Shown here piece by piece: positions 32,840 to 44,604 of a stretch of 44,604 nucleotides of DNA (positions are counted from its first letter, which is position 1; the number at the start of each line of letters is the position of its first letter). The notes beneath the pieces are model-generated. The model made no database searches, was not told where the DNA came from, and saw only the letters and a program-made list of their open reading frames with translations. This stretch comes from an uncultured archaeon A07HB70 (GTDB lineage Archaea; Halobacteriota; Halobacteria; Halobacteriales; Haloferacaceae). The position numbers and the translations under genes are program-made. The stretch is from assembly GCA_000496195.1 (NCBI GenBank), contig KI543180.1:29755-74358 (forward strand), in the 5' to 3' direction.

Positions 32840-34104
32840 ATGAGCCTGCGACTCGCCGCGGATGCCGAGCGGACCCCGTCGGTCGCCGACGACGGGGTGT
32901 GGCTGACCTGTATCGCCTGCGGCGCGCAGTTCGCCCCCTTCGACGACGTGCGGTACACCTGCGACGACTGCGACGGTCTCCTCGAGGTTCGGTACGCCGA
33001 CCACCCGACGTTCGAGGACTTCTCGGGGTCGGGCGTGTGGCGCTACGCCGACGCGCTGCCGTTCGACGAGGGCGTCTCGCTGCCCGAGGGCAACACGCCG
33101 CTCCACGAGGTGCCGCGAATCCGCGACGAGGTGGGGGTCAGGGCACTCCGGGTCAAACACGAGGGGATGAACCCCACCGGCTCGTTCAAGGACCGCGGGA
33201 TGACAGTCGGCGTGCGGGTCGCCCAGCGGGTCGGGGTCGACCGCCTCGCCTGCGCCTCGACGGGCAACACCTCGGCGGCGCTCGCGGCCTACGGCGCCCG
33301 CGGCGGGATGGAGACGCTCGTGCTCCTCCCGGCGGGGAAGGTCGCCGCGGGGAAGGTGGCACAGGCGGCGCTCCACGGCGCCCGCATCCTCGAGGTGGAC
33401 GGCAACTTCGACAACTGCCTCGACCGGGTGCAGGACCTCGCGGCCCGCGGCGAGGTCTACCTGCTGAACTCGCTCAACCCGTTCCGGCTGGAGGGACAGA
33501 AGACGATCGGGCTCGAGATCCTCGAGGAGTGTTACGCCGACTACGGCGCGTTTCCCGACCGCATCGTCCTGCCCGTCGGGAACGCCGGCAACACCTCGGC
33601 GCTGTTCAAGGCGTTCCGCGAACTCGTCCAGTCCGGCGCGCTCCGGCCCGACCAGGTGCCGAAGTTGACGGGCGTCCAGGCCGCCGGCGCGTCGCCGATG
33701 GTCGAGGCCGTCGAGGAGGGGCACGACGAGATCCGGCGGTGGCGGAACGTGGAGACCCGCGCGACGGCGATCCGTATCGGCAACCCGGTGAACGCGCCGA
33801 AGGCGCTCCCGGGCATCCGCGAGACGGGCGGCACCGCCGTCGCCGTCTGCGACGAGGAGATCACCGCGGCCCAGCGCGCGCTCGCGAGGAGGGCGTCGGC
33901 GTCGAGCCGGCCTCGGCCTGTTCGATCGCGGGCCTCCGGCGCCTCCGGCGCCACGGCGTCGTGGGCGAGGACGAACGCGTCGTCTGTCTCACGACCGGCC
34001 ACCTGCTGAAGGACCCGGACGAGGCCTACCGCGCCGGCGGCGAGCCGGAGGACGTCCCGAACGACACCGAGGGGATCCTCACGCACCTCGCGGGCGAGCC
34101 GTAG
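32840..34104 (+). pseudogene. thrC: threonine synthase, reading frame broken by a 1-nt deletion near 33885/33886
   Basis: ATG 32840. The PLP site is NPTGSFKDRG. Frame A is canonical up to ...DEEITAAQRALA and then becomes RRASASSRPRP... (stop 34009). Frame B from 33886 reads EEGVGVEPASACSIAGLRRL...VVCLTTGHLLKDPD...* (stop 34104). The span is 1265 nt, not a multiple of 3. Confidence 0.85.
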
Positions 34105-34110
34105 TCCGGC

Positions 34111-35706
34111 CTACGCCTGGCCGTTCGGGTCGTCGAGTTCGATTCGCTTGAACTCGAGGATGCGCTCGTCGTCCAGGAGCGTCTGGTGGACCTCGTCGGG
34201 GACGGGGTCGTCGAGGTTGTAGACGGTCAGCGCCTCGCCGCCGATCGTCTCGCGCCCGTTGAACATCCCGGCGATGTTGACCCCGGCGTCGCCGAGGACG
34301 GTGCCGACGAAGCCGAGGACGCCCGGCGTGTCGTAGTTGCGCGCGACGAGCATGTGGCCGTACGGAACCGCGTCGACGCGGTAGCCGTCGATACGGACGA
34401 TCCGCGGGTCCTCCCCGGCGAACAGCGTCCCGCAGACGGAGACGTCGTCGTCGCCGTCGCCGACGGACACCGTCACGAGCGACTGGAAGTCCGCTGCCTG
34501 CCGGGTCTTCTCCTCTGTCACCTCGACGCCGCGCTCCTCGGCCAGTCGGGGGGCGTTGACGGCGTTCACCTGCCACTCGAGCGTCGAGAACGCGCCCTTG
34601 AGCGCGCTCGCGGTGACGAGGTCGACCTCCTCCTCGGCGATGTCGCCCTCGTACCGCACCCGTACCTCGGCGGGCCGGCCGTCGAAGGTCTGTGCGGCGA
34701 CCCGACCCGCCGTCTCGGCGAGGTCGACGTACGGCCGGACGCGCGGGAAGGCGCTCTCGTCGACGGAGGGAGCGTTCAGCGCGTTGACCACCGGCTCGTC
34801 CGCGAAGGCGGCGGCCACCTGCTCGGCGATCGAGACGGCGACGTGCTCCTGGGCCGCCGAGGTAGCGGCCCCGAGATGCGGCGTCACGACGATATCATCG
34901 ACGTCGAGCAGCGGGCTGTCCGGGTCGACCGGCTCGTCCGCGAACACGTCGACCGCGGCGCCGTCGACGGGACCGTCGGCGACGGCGGCGGCGAGCGCCG
35001 GTTCGTCGACGACGCCGCCGCGGGCGCAGTTGACGACGAAGCCGCCGCCGAGCGCCTCGAGCTCCTCGGTCCCGATCAGCCCCTCCGTCTCGGGCGTGAG
35101 CGGCGTGTGGACCGTGAGGAAGTCGGCGCGGTCGAGACACGTCCCCAGGTCGACGAGCTCGGCGCCGAGACGCTCGGCGCGCTCCTCGCCGATGTACGGG
35201 TCGTAGGCGACCAGCTCCATCCCGAGGCCGTCGAGACGCTTGCCGACCTCCTGTCCGACCCGGCCGAGGCCGACGATGCCCAGCGTCGCGCCGCCGAGTT
35301 CGGTGCCGAGGTAGTCGTCTTTCGCCCACTCGCCGGCTGTCAGCCGGGCGTGGGCCTGGGGGATAGAGCGGGCGACCGCGAACGACATCGCGACGGTGTG
35401 CTCTGCGGCGGCTCTGACGTTGCCCTCCGGCGCGTTCGCGACGACCACGCCGTGGTCGGTGGCGGCGTCGACGTCGATGTTGTCGACGCCGATGCCGGCC
35501 CGGCCGACGATGACGAGGTCGAGAGCGGCCCCGAGCAGCGCCTCGTCGACGCGCGTGCCCGACCGGACGATCAGGCCGTGGACGTCGGCGACGGCGTCGT
35601 GGAGCGCCTCGCCCTCCAGTTCGTAGCCGGTCTCGACGGTGTGTCCCGCCTCGCGGAGTCGCTCCAGCCCGGGCTCCGCGATCGGGTCGGTGACGAGCAC
35701 TCTCAT
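34111..35706 (-). CDS. serA: D-3-phosphoglycerate dehydrogenase (long form with ASB and ACT domains)
   Basis: 531 aa. NAD motif is GIVGLGRVGQEV. Catalytic region is NCARGG...TPHLGA. A C-terminal ACT-like segment reads MLVARNYDTPGVLGFVGTVLGDAGVNIAGM. Confidence 0.93.
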   Translation of the reverse strand: MRVLVTDPIAEPGLERLREAGHTVETGYELEGEALHDAVADVHGLIVRSGTRVDEALLGAALDLVIVGRAGIGVDNIDVDAATDHGVVVANAPEGNVRAAAEHTVAMSFAVARSIPQAHARLTAGEWAKDDYLGTELGGATLGIVGLGRVGQEVGKRLDGLGMELVAYDPYIGEERAERLGAELVDLGTCLDRADFLTVHTPLTPETEGLIGTEELEALGGGFVVNCARGGVVDEPALAAAVADGPVDGAAVDVFADEPVDPDSPLLDVDDIVVTPHLGAATSAAQEHVAVSIAEQVAAAFADEPVVNALNAPSVDESAFPRVRPYVDLAETAGRVAAQTFDGRPAEVRVRYEGDIAEEEVDLVTASALKGAFSTLEWQVNAVNAPRLAEERGVEVTEEKTRQAADFQSLVTVSVGDGDDDVSVCGTLFAGEDPRIVRIDGYRVDAVPYGHMLVARNYDTPGVLGFVGTVLGDAGVNIAGMFNGRETIGGEALTVYNLDDPVPDEVHQTLLDDERILEFKRIELDDPNGQA

Positions 35707-35840
35707 ACCCGTCGAATCGCCGGATTGCGGTTAACCCTTTCTGTGTCGGCGGATTCGCGTCTCCGGCGTCGCGCCGCGGCTGTGGACCGCGCTGGCCCCG
35801 GGCCGGAACGCTTGAGACGCCCGCGCGCCCACCGAGGGGT

Positions 35841-36473
35841 GTGCTGGTCGCGTTCGACTTCGACGGGACGCTCTCTGACGCCGAGATGATCGACGCGCTC
35901 GGGGACCGGGCCGGCGTCGGGGCGGAGATCGCCGCCGTGACCGAGCGGGCGATGGACGGCGAGATAGCGTACGCCGAGAGCCTGCGCGAACGCGCCGCGC
36001 TCCTGGAGGGCCTCGACGACGACGAGGCCGCCGCGGCGTTCGCGGCCACCCGGATCCGGCCCGGGGCCGGCGACCTCGTCGACGACCTGCGGGCCGCGGG
36101 TAGCCGCGTCGTCGTCCTCACCGGCGGGTTCGAGCGGGGAGTCGCGGCGGCGCTCGACGCCGCCGGGACCGCCGTCGACGAGGTGGTGGCGAACCGGCTC
36201 CCCGTCGCGGACGGCGCCCTGACCGGCGCCGTCGAGGGGCCGCTGATCGAGGGGACGAAAGACGACGCGCTCCGGGACCTCGCCGCGCGCGAGGGGCTGG
36301 AGCCGACCGAGACGGTCGCCGTCGGCGACGGCGCGAACGACCTGCCGATGCTCGAGGTCGCCGGCGTGGCGGTCGGCTACGCGCCGAAGCCGTCGGTCGC
36401 GCCGGCCTGTGACGTGACCGTCGGGTCGGTCGCGGAGCTGCGGAGCGTCTTCGTCGAGCGGGGTCTGCTCTAG
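35841..36473 (+). CDS. serB: phosphoserine phosphatase (HAD superfamily)
   Basis: GTG start. HAD motifs are FDFDGTL, LTGGF and GDGANDLPML. Divergent from serA. Confidence 0.85.
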   Translation: MLVAFDFDGTLSDAEMIDALGDRAGVGAEIAAVTERAMDGEIAYAESLRERAALLEGLDDDEAAAAFAATRIRPGAGDLVDDLRAAGSRVVVLTGGFERGVAAALDAAGTAVDEVVANRLPVADGALTGAVEGPLIEGTKDDALRDLAAREGLEPTETVAVGDGANDLPMLEVAGVAVGYAPKPSVAPACDVTVGSVAELRSVFVERGLL

Positions 36474-36883
36474 AGCGCCGCACCGAGGCCGGCGAGCGTA
36501 TTCGCCGGGTCGTCGGCGCCGCCCTCCAGCGAGGCGATCCGCCCCCGGAGGCGCGCGGCACGGACGTCCCGCGCCGTCGACCCAGCCGGAATCTTGATAC
36601 GCTCGTGCGGGCGACGGCGGAGTCGTGTTCGCCCTCCACGCTCCGCTCGCTGCCGTCGGCGTCGGCGCCCTCGTCGGCGGGCTCGTCCTCGCCGTCCGGC
36701 TGCTCGTCTTCGACGCACCGCTCCGCGACGCCGCGACGCTCGCTGCAGGGGCAGCGACCGGCGCGACGCTCGTCGGCGCGGCGCTCGTTGCCGCGTAGCG
36801 CGGTGGTCTCGTCCCGGCAGCACGGGCTGGCCGCCCGTCGAGCGGGTCGTCGCCGGACGTCCCGTGGCGCGTCCGCCCGGCGC

Positions 36884-38128
36884 TCAGGGACGGTACCGCG
36901 GACCGATTCGCTCCAGGCGTCCCGCCGCCGGCTGGCGGCGCCGCGGCCGGTTCTCGTCCCCGTCCGCAGTGTCGGTCACCGCGCGGCCGGCGACGCCGTC
37001 CGCGAGGAAGTCCCGGATCGGCGGGCCGACCTTCCCCGGTTCGACGAGGAAGGCGTCGTGGCCGTGGTCGCTCGAGACGACGTGGTGGGCGGTCGGCACC
37101 TCGGTGTCGCGGGCCGCCGCCGCGACGGCCTCCGACTCCTCGACGGTGAAGTGCCAGTCGCCGGTAAAGGAGATCAGGAGGAGTTCGCCCTCGAACGCCG
37201 CCAGCGCGCCGGCGTCGGTGCCGTACTCCGCCGAGAGGTCGTAGTCGTCCATCGCGCGGGTGAGGTAGAGGTAGGCGTTCGCGTCGAACCGCTCGACGAA
37301 CCGCTCGGCCTGGTAGTCGAGGTACGACTCCACCTCGCGGTACGGGAAGTACGACGCCGTCCGGTCGGCGGGAAACGACATCTGCGCGTCCCGGCCGGCG
37401 GCTCGGCGTCCGAACTTCCGATCCATCGAGTCCTTCGAGAGGTACATCACGTGACCGATCTGTCTGGCGACCGAGAGCCCCTCCGTCGGCCCGTCGTCGG
37501 CGCGGTAGTAGTCGCCGCCGCGCCAGTCGGGGTCGGTCGTGATCGCCCGGCGCGCGACCGCGTCGAGCGCGAGACACTGCGGGTCGAGACGGGCCGCCGC
37601 CGCGACGGGGATCACCCGCCGCACGTCGTCGGGGAAGGCGACCGCCCAGTCGAGCGCGTTCATCCCCCCGACGCTCCCGCCGACGACGGCGTGGAGGCGC
37701 CCGACGCCGAGTTCGTCGAGGAGGACGCGCTGGGCGCGGGTCCAGTCCCGCACCGTCACCGGCGGGAAGTCGGTGCCGTACGGGTCGCCCGTCGCCGGGT
37801 TCGTCGCCGGCGGCCCGGACGACCCGTAGCAGGAGCCGGGGACGTTGACGCAGACGACGTAGTAGTCGCCGGTGTCGAGGGACTTCCCCGGCCCGACGAC
37901 GTCGCCCCACCACGCGCGGGCCTGTCCGGCCTGCCCCTCGCCGGAGTCGCCAAGCGGCGCGACGTTCTGACTCCCCGTGAGCGCGTGACAGACGAGGACG
38001 GCGTTGTCGCCCGTGAACTCGCCGTAGGCCTCGTACGCCAGGCGGAGGTCGGAGACCGACTCGCCGCAGGCGAACTCGAAGGCGCCGACGGAGCGGACGT
38101 CGCGCTCGACCGCCGTCACCGGCGCCAC
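36884..38128 (-). CDS. metX: homoserine O-acetyltransferase
   Basis: Alpha/beta hydrolase with the nucleophile elbow [11 protein letters not shown] and the C-terminal motif [10 protein letters not shown] place the start at GTG 38128 ([11 protein letters not shown]...) because the ORF-track start at 38278 would overlap metY by more than 100 nt. The last 25 or so codons are Arg-rich and may be unreliable. Confidence 0.87.
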   Translation of the reverse strand: MAPVTAVERDVRSVGAFEFACGESVSDLRLAYEAYGEFTGDNAVLVCHALTGSQNVAPLGDSGEGQAGQARAWWGDVVGPGKSLDTGDYYVVCVNVPGSCYGSSGPPATNPATGDPYGTDFPPVTVRDWTRAQRVLLDELGVGRLHAVVGGSVGGMNALDWAVAFPDDVRRVIPVAAAARLDPQCLALDAVARRAITTDPDWRGGDYYRADDGPTEGLSVARQIGHVMYLSKDSMDRKFGRRAAGRDAQMSFPADRTASYFPYREVESYLDYQAERFVERFDANAYLYLTRAMDDYDLSAEYGTDAGALAAFEGELLLISFTGDWHFTVEESEAVAAAARDTEVPTAHHVVSSDHGHDAFLVEPGKVGPPIRDFLADGVAGRAVTDTADGDENRPRRRQPAAGRLERIGPRYRP

Positions 38129-38171
38129 CCCCGTCCGTCCGGGCGCGCGCGCCGCCGTCTGGTCGTCGGGG

Positions 38172-39449
38172 TCACAGCGCCTCCCCGAAGTCCGCACAGA
38201 TGTCCGCGGCGTCCTCCAGTCCGACCGAGACCCGCACGAGTTCGGGGTGGACGCCCGCGGCGCGCTGTTCGGCCTCACTCAGCTGTGAGTGGGTCGTGGA
38301 GGCCGGGTGGACGACGAGCGTCCTCGCGTCGCCGACGTTCGCGAGGAACGAGGCGAGTTCGAGCGACTCGCAGAGGTCCCGGGCGGCGTCGTAGCCGCCG
38401 GCCAGCCCGACGCTGACCATCCCGCCGTAGCCGCCGTCGAGGTATCTCGTCGCGGCCTCGTGTGTCTCGTGGCTCTCCAGTCCGGGGTAGACCACCCACT
38501 CGACCGCGGGGTGGTCGTCGAGGTACGCCGCGAGGCGCGCGGCGTTCTCGCAGTGGCGCGCGATCCGGAGCGGGAGCGTCTCGACGCCCTGGAGCGTGAC
38601 CCACGCGTCGAACGGCGACTGCCCGGCGCCGACCGCCCGGAGCGCCCGGTAGCGGACCGTCGCCGCGAGCGCGCGGTCGTCGAACCGCTCCGCGAAACAC
38701 AGGTCGTAGGAGGGGCTCTCGCCGCCGACCTCCGGAAACCGCTCCGGGTAGTCCGTCCACGGGAACGACCCGCCGTCGACCAGCACGCCCCCGAGTGTCG
38801 TCCCGGCGCCGTGGAGCCACTTCGTCGTCGACTCCCACACCAGGTCGGCGCCGTGTTCGACCGGCCGACAGAGCGCCGGCGACGCGAACGTGTTGTCGAC
38901 GAACAGCGGCGTCCCGGCGTCGTGTGCGACGTCGGCGATAGCCTCGAGCGGCGGCGTCACGAGCGACGGGTTCGCCACCGTCTCGCAGTGGACGTACGCC
39001 GTCTCGTCGTCGACCGCGTCGGCGTAGGCGTCCGGGTCCAGCGTGTCGACCGTCCGCGTCTCGACCCCGCGGCGCGACGCCATCGTCGTCAGGTACGTCG
39101 ACGTGCCGCCGTAGCCGTCCTCGGCGACGACGACGTTGTCGCCGGCGCTCGCGAGGACGCTCGTCGCCGCGTCGAAGGCGGCCATCCCCGAGGCCGCACA
39201 GACCGCCCCGGTGCCGCCCGACAGCGACGCGAGCCGCTGCTCCAGCCGCCGGACCGTCGGGTTCGTGAACCGGGAGTAGATCGGGGCCTCACTCTCCAGC
39301 CGAAACCGCTCTGCCGCCGCCGCCGCGGTTCCGAACTCGTAGGAGGTGGTCTGGTGGATCGGCGGCGCGCGCGCCCCAGTCGACGGGTCCGGCTCGCCGC
39401 CGACGTGGAGCGCCCGCGTCGCGAACCGCGCGTCGGAGCCGTCGTTCAT
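38172..39449 (-). CDS. metY: O-acetylhomoserine aminocarboxypropyltransferase (sulfhydrylase), PLP-dependent
   Basis: 425 aa. Cys/Met-metabolism PLP family with the lysine motif [18 protein letters not shown] lies 28 nt upstream of the ATG. Confidence 0.92.
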   Translation of the reverse strand: MNDGSDARFATRALHVGGEPDPSTGARAPPIHQTTSYEFGTAAAAAERFRLESEAPIYSRFTNPTVRRLEQRLASLSGGTGAVCAASGMAAFDAATSVLASAGDNVVVAEDGYGGTSTYLTTMASRRGVETRTVDTLDPDAYADAVDDETAYVHCETVANPSLVTPPLEAIADVAHDAGTPLFVDNTFASPALCRPVEHGADLVWESTTKWLHGAGTTLGGVLVDGGSFPWTDYPERFPEVGGESPSYDLCFAERFDDRALAATVRYRALRAVGAGQSPFDAWVTLQGVETLPLRIARHCENAARLAAYLDDHPAVEWVVYPGLESHETHEAATRYLDGGYGGMVSVGLAGGYDAARDLCESLELASFLANVGDARTLVVHPASTTHSQLSEAEQRAAGVHPELVRVSVGLEDAADICADFGEAL

Positions 39450-39476
39450 GTACCACGCGCATAGCGCTCCGAGAAC

Positions 39477-39482
39477 TTATAA
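39477..39482 (-). promoter_or_regulatory. TATA box TTATAA for metY-metX
   Basis: Lies 28 nt upstream of the metY ATG (39449) within an isolated AT-rich patch. Confidence 0.5.
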
Positions 39483-39545
39483 CCGGGAGTTCTCCGCCCG
39501 CCGGACCGAAAGAGGTAGGAGCGGCGCCGCCCGAATCCGTGGTAG

Positions 39546-39995
39546 ATGGGCCCGAGTCCCACGGTCGATCTCGCGGTTCGGACCGACGGCGACGGCGCCC
39601 TGTTCGCCCGGGGCGTCGTCGGCGGACAGTCGGTGCTGGTGACCGTCGGTGGCGGCGGGCTGGTCGGTGCGGACGTCGACGCAGTGGTGCCGGTCGGGCG
39701 GTCGGACGCGGCGGGGCCGACGACCGTCGCCGAGGGCGAGTCGCGGCGGGTCGGCGGCGTGGACGTACAACACGCCCACCGACGAGTCGACGTGGCCGAC
39801 GCGGAGGGGCGGTGGGCGACCCTCGACGCCAGCGCGACGACGCCGGTGGTCGGCCTCCAGGTCCGGCGCGCCGACGGCGGGTTCGACCACCACGTCGGGC
39901 GGGTCGACGACGACCCACGGCGGCTGCTGTTCGGGGCGGACGGCGCGAGCTACCGGCGGGTCGGGCGACAGCGGGCCGACGGCGACGACCTGTAG
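39546..39995 (+). CDS. hypothetical Gly/Asp/Val-rich protein (149 aa); call uncertain
   Basis: The ATG coincides exactly with the onset of high GC3. By my hand count of codon positions over this ORF, G is about 60% of first positions and G/C about 91% of third positions on the + frame, against about 86% third-position G/C for the in-phase antisense frame, which would be about 18% Pro. No recognisable motif, and the downstream 290 nt are unresolved. Confidence 0.4.
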   Translation: MGPSPTVDLAVRTDGDGALFARGVVGGQSVLVTVGGGGLVGADVDAVVPVGRSDAAGPTTVAEGESRRVGGVDVQHAHRRVDVADAEGRWATLDASATTPVVGLQVRRADGGFDHHVGRVDDDPRRLLFGADGASYRRVGRQRADGDDL

Positions 39996-42530
<2,535 letters not shown>

Positions 42531-42845
42531 CACACGAGCGCTCTTCTGTCGGCGCCGGCGTCGGGTCTACTCGACAGCCCCTCTCGGTCGTCGCCGGGCC
42601 CGTCGTCGCGCCGGGAGTCTACCTCGACGGCGCGCCCCTGCGTGGCGTGGCCGGTCGGGACCGGTGCTGCGACGCCCGGCGAGGTCGGACTCTCGCCCGC
42701 GTCGGACGGCGTGGTCTGTCGCGCGCACGAGAGCGTGGCCCAGCCGGGGCCGGCTGTCGTGGTCGTGTCACCGCCGGACTCGTCGGGCTCCACGGCGTGG
42801 TCGGCGGAGCCGTCGTCCCAGGCGGACGGTCGAGCCGCCGCGGTC

Positions 42846-43679
42846 CTACAGGTCCATCTCCTCGAACCGGATCAGCCCGGCCAGCGGCGGGATCACGACC
42901 CACGCGACGAGCATCACCAGCCCGGAGATCTGGAGCCGGACGTCCGGGCCGGTGAACAGGCCGGTGCCGAGCGCGCGGTTGGTGACGATCTTGAACGCGC
43001 CGGTGGGGTTGACCAGCCGGAGCACCCGTGTCGTCTGCTGGACCGTCAGCGGCATCCACTCCGGCCAGCCGACGAAGGTGGCGAACAGGCCGAGCGACCC
43101 CTGGAGGGCACCGAGGAGCGCGACGAAGACGAGGTAGACGCCGACGGCGGCGGCGATCGCGAGGCGGTCAGAGGAGACCGCGGCGGAGACGCCGACGCCG
43201 ACGGCGACGAAGGCAGCCGCGAGGAGGGCGACCAGGAAGACGTACTGGACGTACGCCACCGCCTCGAACGCGAACGTCGAGGAGAAGACGAACACCAGCG
43301 CCGGCACGAGGAAGCCGGCGACGACGGCGACGGCGAGCGCGGCGCCGCGGCCCGCAACCTTTCCGGCGACGACGTCGGCACGGGAGTGCGGGAGCGCGAG
43401 GAGCAGCTTCAGCGACCCGGACTCGCGCTCGCCGACGACGGCGTTGTACGCGGCCACGAGCGCGACCAGCGGGATGAGCGTCGTGACGATGCCGTCCTTT
43501 ATTGGGAACGCCCGCAGGACCTCGGTCGAGGAGAGGGTGCTCCCGCCGCTCCCGAAGATGAGCGACGTGACGTAGACGGCGGCGCCGACCAGGAGGGCGA
43601 AGAGGAGCGAGAGGCCGATCAGCCACCGCGACCGGATCGTGTCCTCGAACTCCTTTCGCGCGACGACGGTCCAGGTCAC
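42846..43679 (-). CDS. ABC-2 type transporter permease
   Basis: 277 aa with 6 TM. N-terminus is MTWTVVARKEFEDTIRSRW and contains GERESGSLKLLLALP. Its GTG start overlaps the ATPase stop (GTGA). Confidence 0.85.
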   Translation of the reverse strand: MTWTVVARKEFEDTIRSRWLIGLSLLFALLVGAAVYVTSLIFGSGGSTLSSTEVLRAFPIKDGIVTTLIPLVALVAAYNAVVGERESGSLKLLLALPHSRADVVAGKVAGRGAALAVAVVAGFLVPALVFVFSSTFAFEAVAYVQYVFLVALLAAAFVAVGVGVSAAVSSDRLAIAAAVGVYLVFVALLGALQGSLGLFATFVGWPEWMPLTVQQTTRVLRLVNPTGAFKIVTNRALGTGLFTGPDVRLQISGLVMLVAWVVIPPLAGLIRFEEMDL

Positions 43680-44604
43680 TGCCGGACCTCCTGTGGCTCG
43701 TCGCCTTCGGTGTACGCGAGGAACAGATCCTCCAGCGAGGCCTCCTCCGTACGGAAGTTCTCGACGGTCGCACCGCCGTCCTCGACGGCGCCGACGACGG
43801 CGGTCTTCGCGTCGGCGTCGCAGGAGACCACCACCTCGCCGTCGACGGCCTCCGCCGAGGTGACGCCCGAGAGCGCCCGGACCGCCGAGAGGTCGACCGT
43901 GGTGGCGTCGTCGGTCACGTCGACGATGAGGCGTTCGCCGCCGCCGACGGCGTCGCGCAGGCCGTCCATGCTGTCCTCCGCGACGATCGACCCCTCTCGC
44001 AGGATGCCGACGCGGTCACAGACCGCCTCGACCTGCCCGAGGACGTGCGAGGAGAAGAAGACGGTCGTGCCGCGGTCGGCCTCCGCACGGACGATCTCGC
44101 GCATCTCCTTCGCGCCGGAGGGGTCGAGTCCGGAGGACGGCTCGTCGAGAATCAGCAGCTGTGGCCGACCCACGAGCGCCATCGCGAGCGCCAGCCGCTG
44201 GCGCATCCCCTTCGAGTAGCCGCCGGCCTTGCGGTCGGCGGCGTCGGCGATGCCGGTTCGCTCGAGCAGTTCGACCGGGTCGCCGTCGACGCCTTTCGAC
44301 TCCATCGCGAACTCGACGTGCGTCCGGCCCGTCAGCCGCGAGTAGCAGTCGAACCCCTCCGGGAGAACGCCCGTGCGCTGGCGGACCGCGACCGACTCGC
44401 GCTGGGCGTCGCGGCCCAGCACCTGAATCTCGCCGCTCGTCGGACGCACGAAGTCGAGCAGCATGTTGATCGTGGTCGACTTGCCGGCGCCGTTCGGGCC
44501 GAGGAAGCCGAAAACCTCGCCCTCGGGACCGCGAGGTCGAGATCGTCGACGGTCGGTGACGTCGCCGAACTGCTTCGTCACGCCACGGAGGCGATTGCGT
44601 CCAT
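43676..44604 (-). pseudogene. ABC transporter ATP-binding protein with three closely spaced indels in the first ~30 codons
   Basis: Walker A is GPNGAGKST, signature YSKGMRQRL, Walker B LLILDEPSSGLD. The ATG is at the very last bases of the window (44604). The expected N-terminus MDAI(R)LRGVTKQFGDVT(A)VDDLDLAVPEGEVFGF is recoverable only by switching frames three times. The span is 929 nt, not a multiple of 3. Confidence 0.85.

Noticed and set aside
33880-33890. Programmed ribosomal frameshifting as the explanation for the thrC and other frame breaks
   Set aside because: I see no slippery heptamer or downstream stimulatory structure, and the affected genes are ordinary single-frame enzymes in all organisms I know. 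Several independent breaks in one window fit indel errors or decay better.

Overview
Chromosomal core segment of a very GC-rich haloarchaeon (class Halobacteria). Supporting signs are acidic Asp/Glu-rich proteins, near-saturated G/C at codon position 3, frequent GTG starts, 4-nt start/stop overlaps, and short AT-rich TATA-like boxes about 25-30 nt before many start codons (leaderless-type spacing). I call about 48 densely packed genes on both strands. They include pheS (partial)-trpS-endA preceded by a multi-zinc-ribbon protein and a Ski2/Hel308-like helicase. A 2-oxoacid dehydrogenase operon (E1alpha-E1beta-E2-lpdA) is followed by 2Fe-2S ferredoxin. Also present are a prepilin peptidase, hisI/hisA/hisB, a phosphohexomutase, upp, a COG0523 GTPase, an ArsA/Get3-like ATPase, cstA, thrC, serA, serB, metX, metY, NAD-dependent DNA ligase and an ABC-2 exporter pair. 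I saw no rRNA, tRNA, CRISPR array, transposase or integrase, and nothing resembling a recognised defence or mobile system. The observations most worth a second look are these. (i) An uncharacterised five-gene cluster at 23.6-26.2 kb has two paralogous polytopic 'sensor-like' membrane proteins bracketing a wHTH regulator that is translationally coupled to two paralogous small membrane proteins, with a perfect palindrome at the divergent promoter. (ii) A cysteine-free ArsA/Get3-family ATPase with a DTAPTGGT switch directly abuts a 98-aa acidic protein. (iii) At least five single-base frame disruptions occur in otherwise conserved genes (thrC, a small alpha/beta protein gene, and the ABC ATPase three times), pointing to assembly indels or pseudogenisation. 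(iv) Two stretches have coding-like statistics but no clean ORF (36.47-36.88 kb and 39.45-40.29 kb). (v) A promoter-like inverted repeat brackets lpdA. All functional novelty claims are hypotheses that need HMM, synteny and read-level checks I cannot run here.
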